Source: Chlorokybus atmophyticus
Lineage: Eukaryota > Plantae > Mesostigma and Chlorokybus algae
Assembly (NCBI GenBank): GCA_009103225.1
Contig: RHPI01002090.1
Span: 246,625 to 310,624 of the forward strand
Length of the DNA stretch: 64,000 nucleotides
Reading direction: 5' to 3'
A program made the translations under genes and the position numbers. Each line of letters opens with the position of its first letter. Position 1 is the stretch's first letter. Under the pieces are notes generated by a model. That model did not search any database, was not told the origin of the DNA, and worked only from the letters and a program-made list of their open reading frames with translations. Below are positions 63,443 to 64,000 of the stretch, one piece after another.

Positions 63443-63588
63443 GCCCACCGTGGCCTTTTTGAAAAATGCACATACCTTATTTACAACCTGCATACCGGTA
63501 TCTATGGGCCATAGAGCCCACCGTGGCCTTTTTGAAAATTACACATACCTTATTTACAACCCTGCATACTGGTATCTATGGGCCATAG
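63443..63588. repeat. ~73-bp tandem duplication
   Basis: GCCCACCGTGGCCTTTTTGAAAA...GGTATCTATGGGCCATAG starts at 63443 and again at 63516. Confidence 0.9.
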
Positions 63589-63822
63589 TTTCATGATAGT
63601 GTCAGGTGTGTAGGGAAACGCCTCGCTGCGATCGCTGGACACCTACCCCCGCAAAATGGCGCTGACCAGCGGTCAGCTCCGCCTGTGCCCCACGCCGGGG
63701 CCGCAGTGACGGTGGCGCCGGCGGCGGCAGTGATGGCGTTGAGATGCAGCTGACGTGCGTACCTGGTATTTGCTTGTTGTCCGCCAGCTGTGACTGGTGT
63801 AGGAAGGGCCATCTCTGCAGCA

Positions 63823-63952
63823 ATGCGCACGCAGCGCTCCAGCTGCTCGACTACATGGCCATGGCCGTCTGCCGACGTTGCGTGGGCTGCCCTACTGCTA
63901 GTTGTGGTCTGTGCAACTACTGGTGTTGCCGCCCAGTTTTCTCTCTACACAG
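63823..63952 (+). CDS. Probable first exon (signal peptide) of a secreted protein continuing beyond the window
   Basis: MRTQRSSCSTTWPWPSADVAWAALLLVVVCATTGVAAQFSLYT has a hydrophobic core and an AxA-like cleavage site, followed by a strong AG|GTAAGT donor. Confidence 0.55.
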
Positions 63953-64000
63953 GTAAGTGCGTGCTTGCTTATTAAACTCGACTGTGCTTGCGCTCGCCTT

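Overview
Intron-rich nuclear DNA of a green-lineage alga, inferred from nuclear-encoded plastid RPL12 and RbfA with transit peptides, standard genetic code and many short introns; the exact taxon cannot be determined from this window. About 47 kb is a compact gene neighbourhood: serine carboxypeptidase (partial), UBC32/UBE2J1, two tRNA-Ala(AGC), DNA polymerase iota, TRAPPC10, VPS15, PRKRIP1, RbfA, SNM1/DCLRE1A, plastid RPL12 and SDHAF4. It is interrupted by a MITE, a 257-bp foldback, a 4.4-kb DD35D pogo/Fot-like transposon, and CRE-like and Penelope-like retroelement remnants. From 49.3 to 57.3 kb lies a nested mobile-element island: two inverted copies of a ~0.5-kb TRIM, an unclassified OTU-protease/Cys-rich region with a 53-bp hairpin array, and a gag-protease-only copia element. 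A disrupted Kelch/extensin-like gene follows. The most interesting signal is the TRIM, whose tRNA-type Pol III promoter appears split: A box in the LTR, B box beyond the PBS. All calls were made by eye without database searches, and many exon boundaries are approximate.
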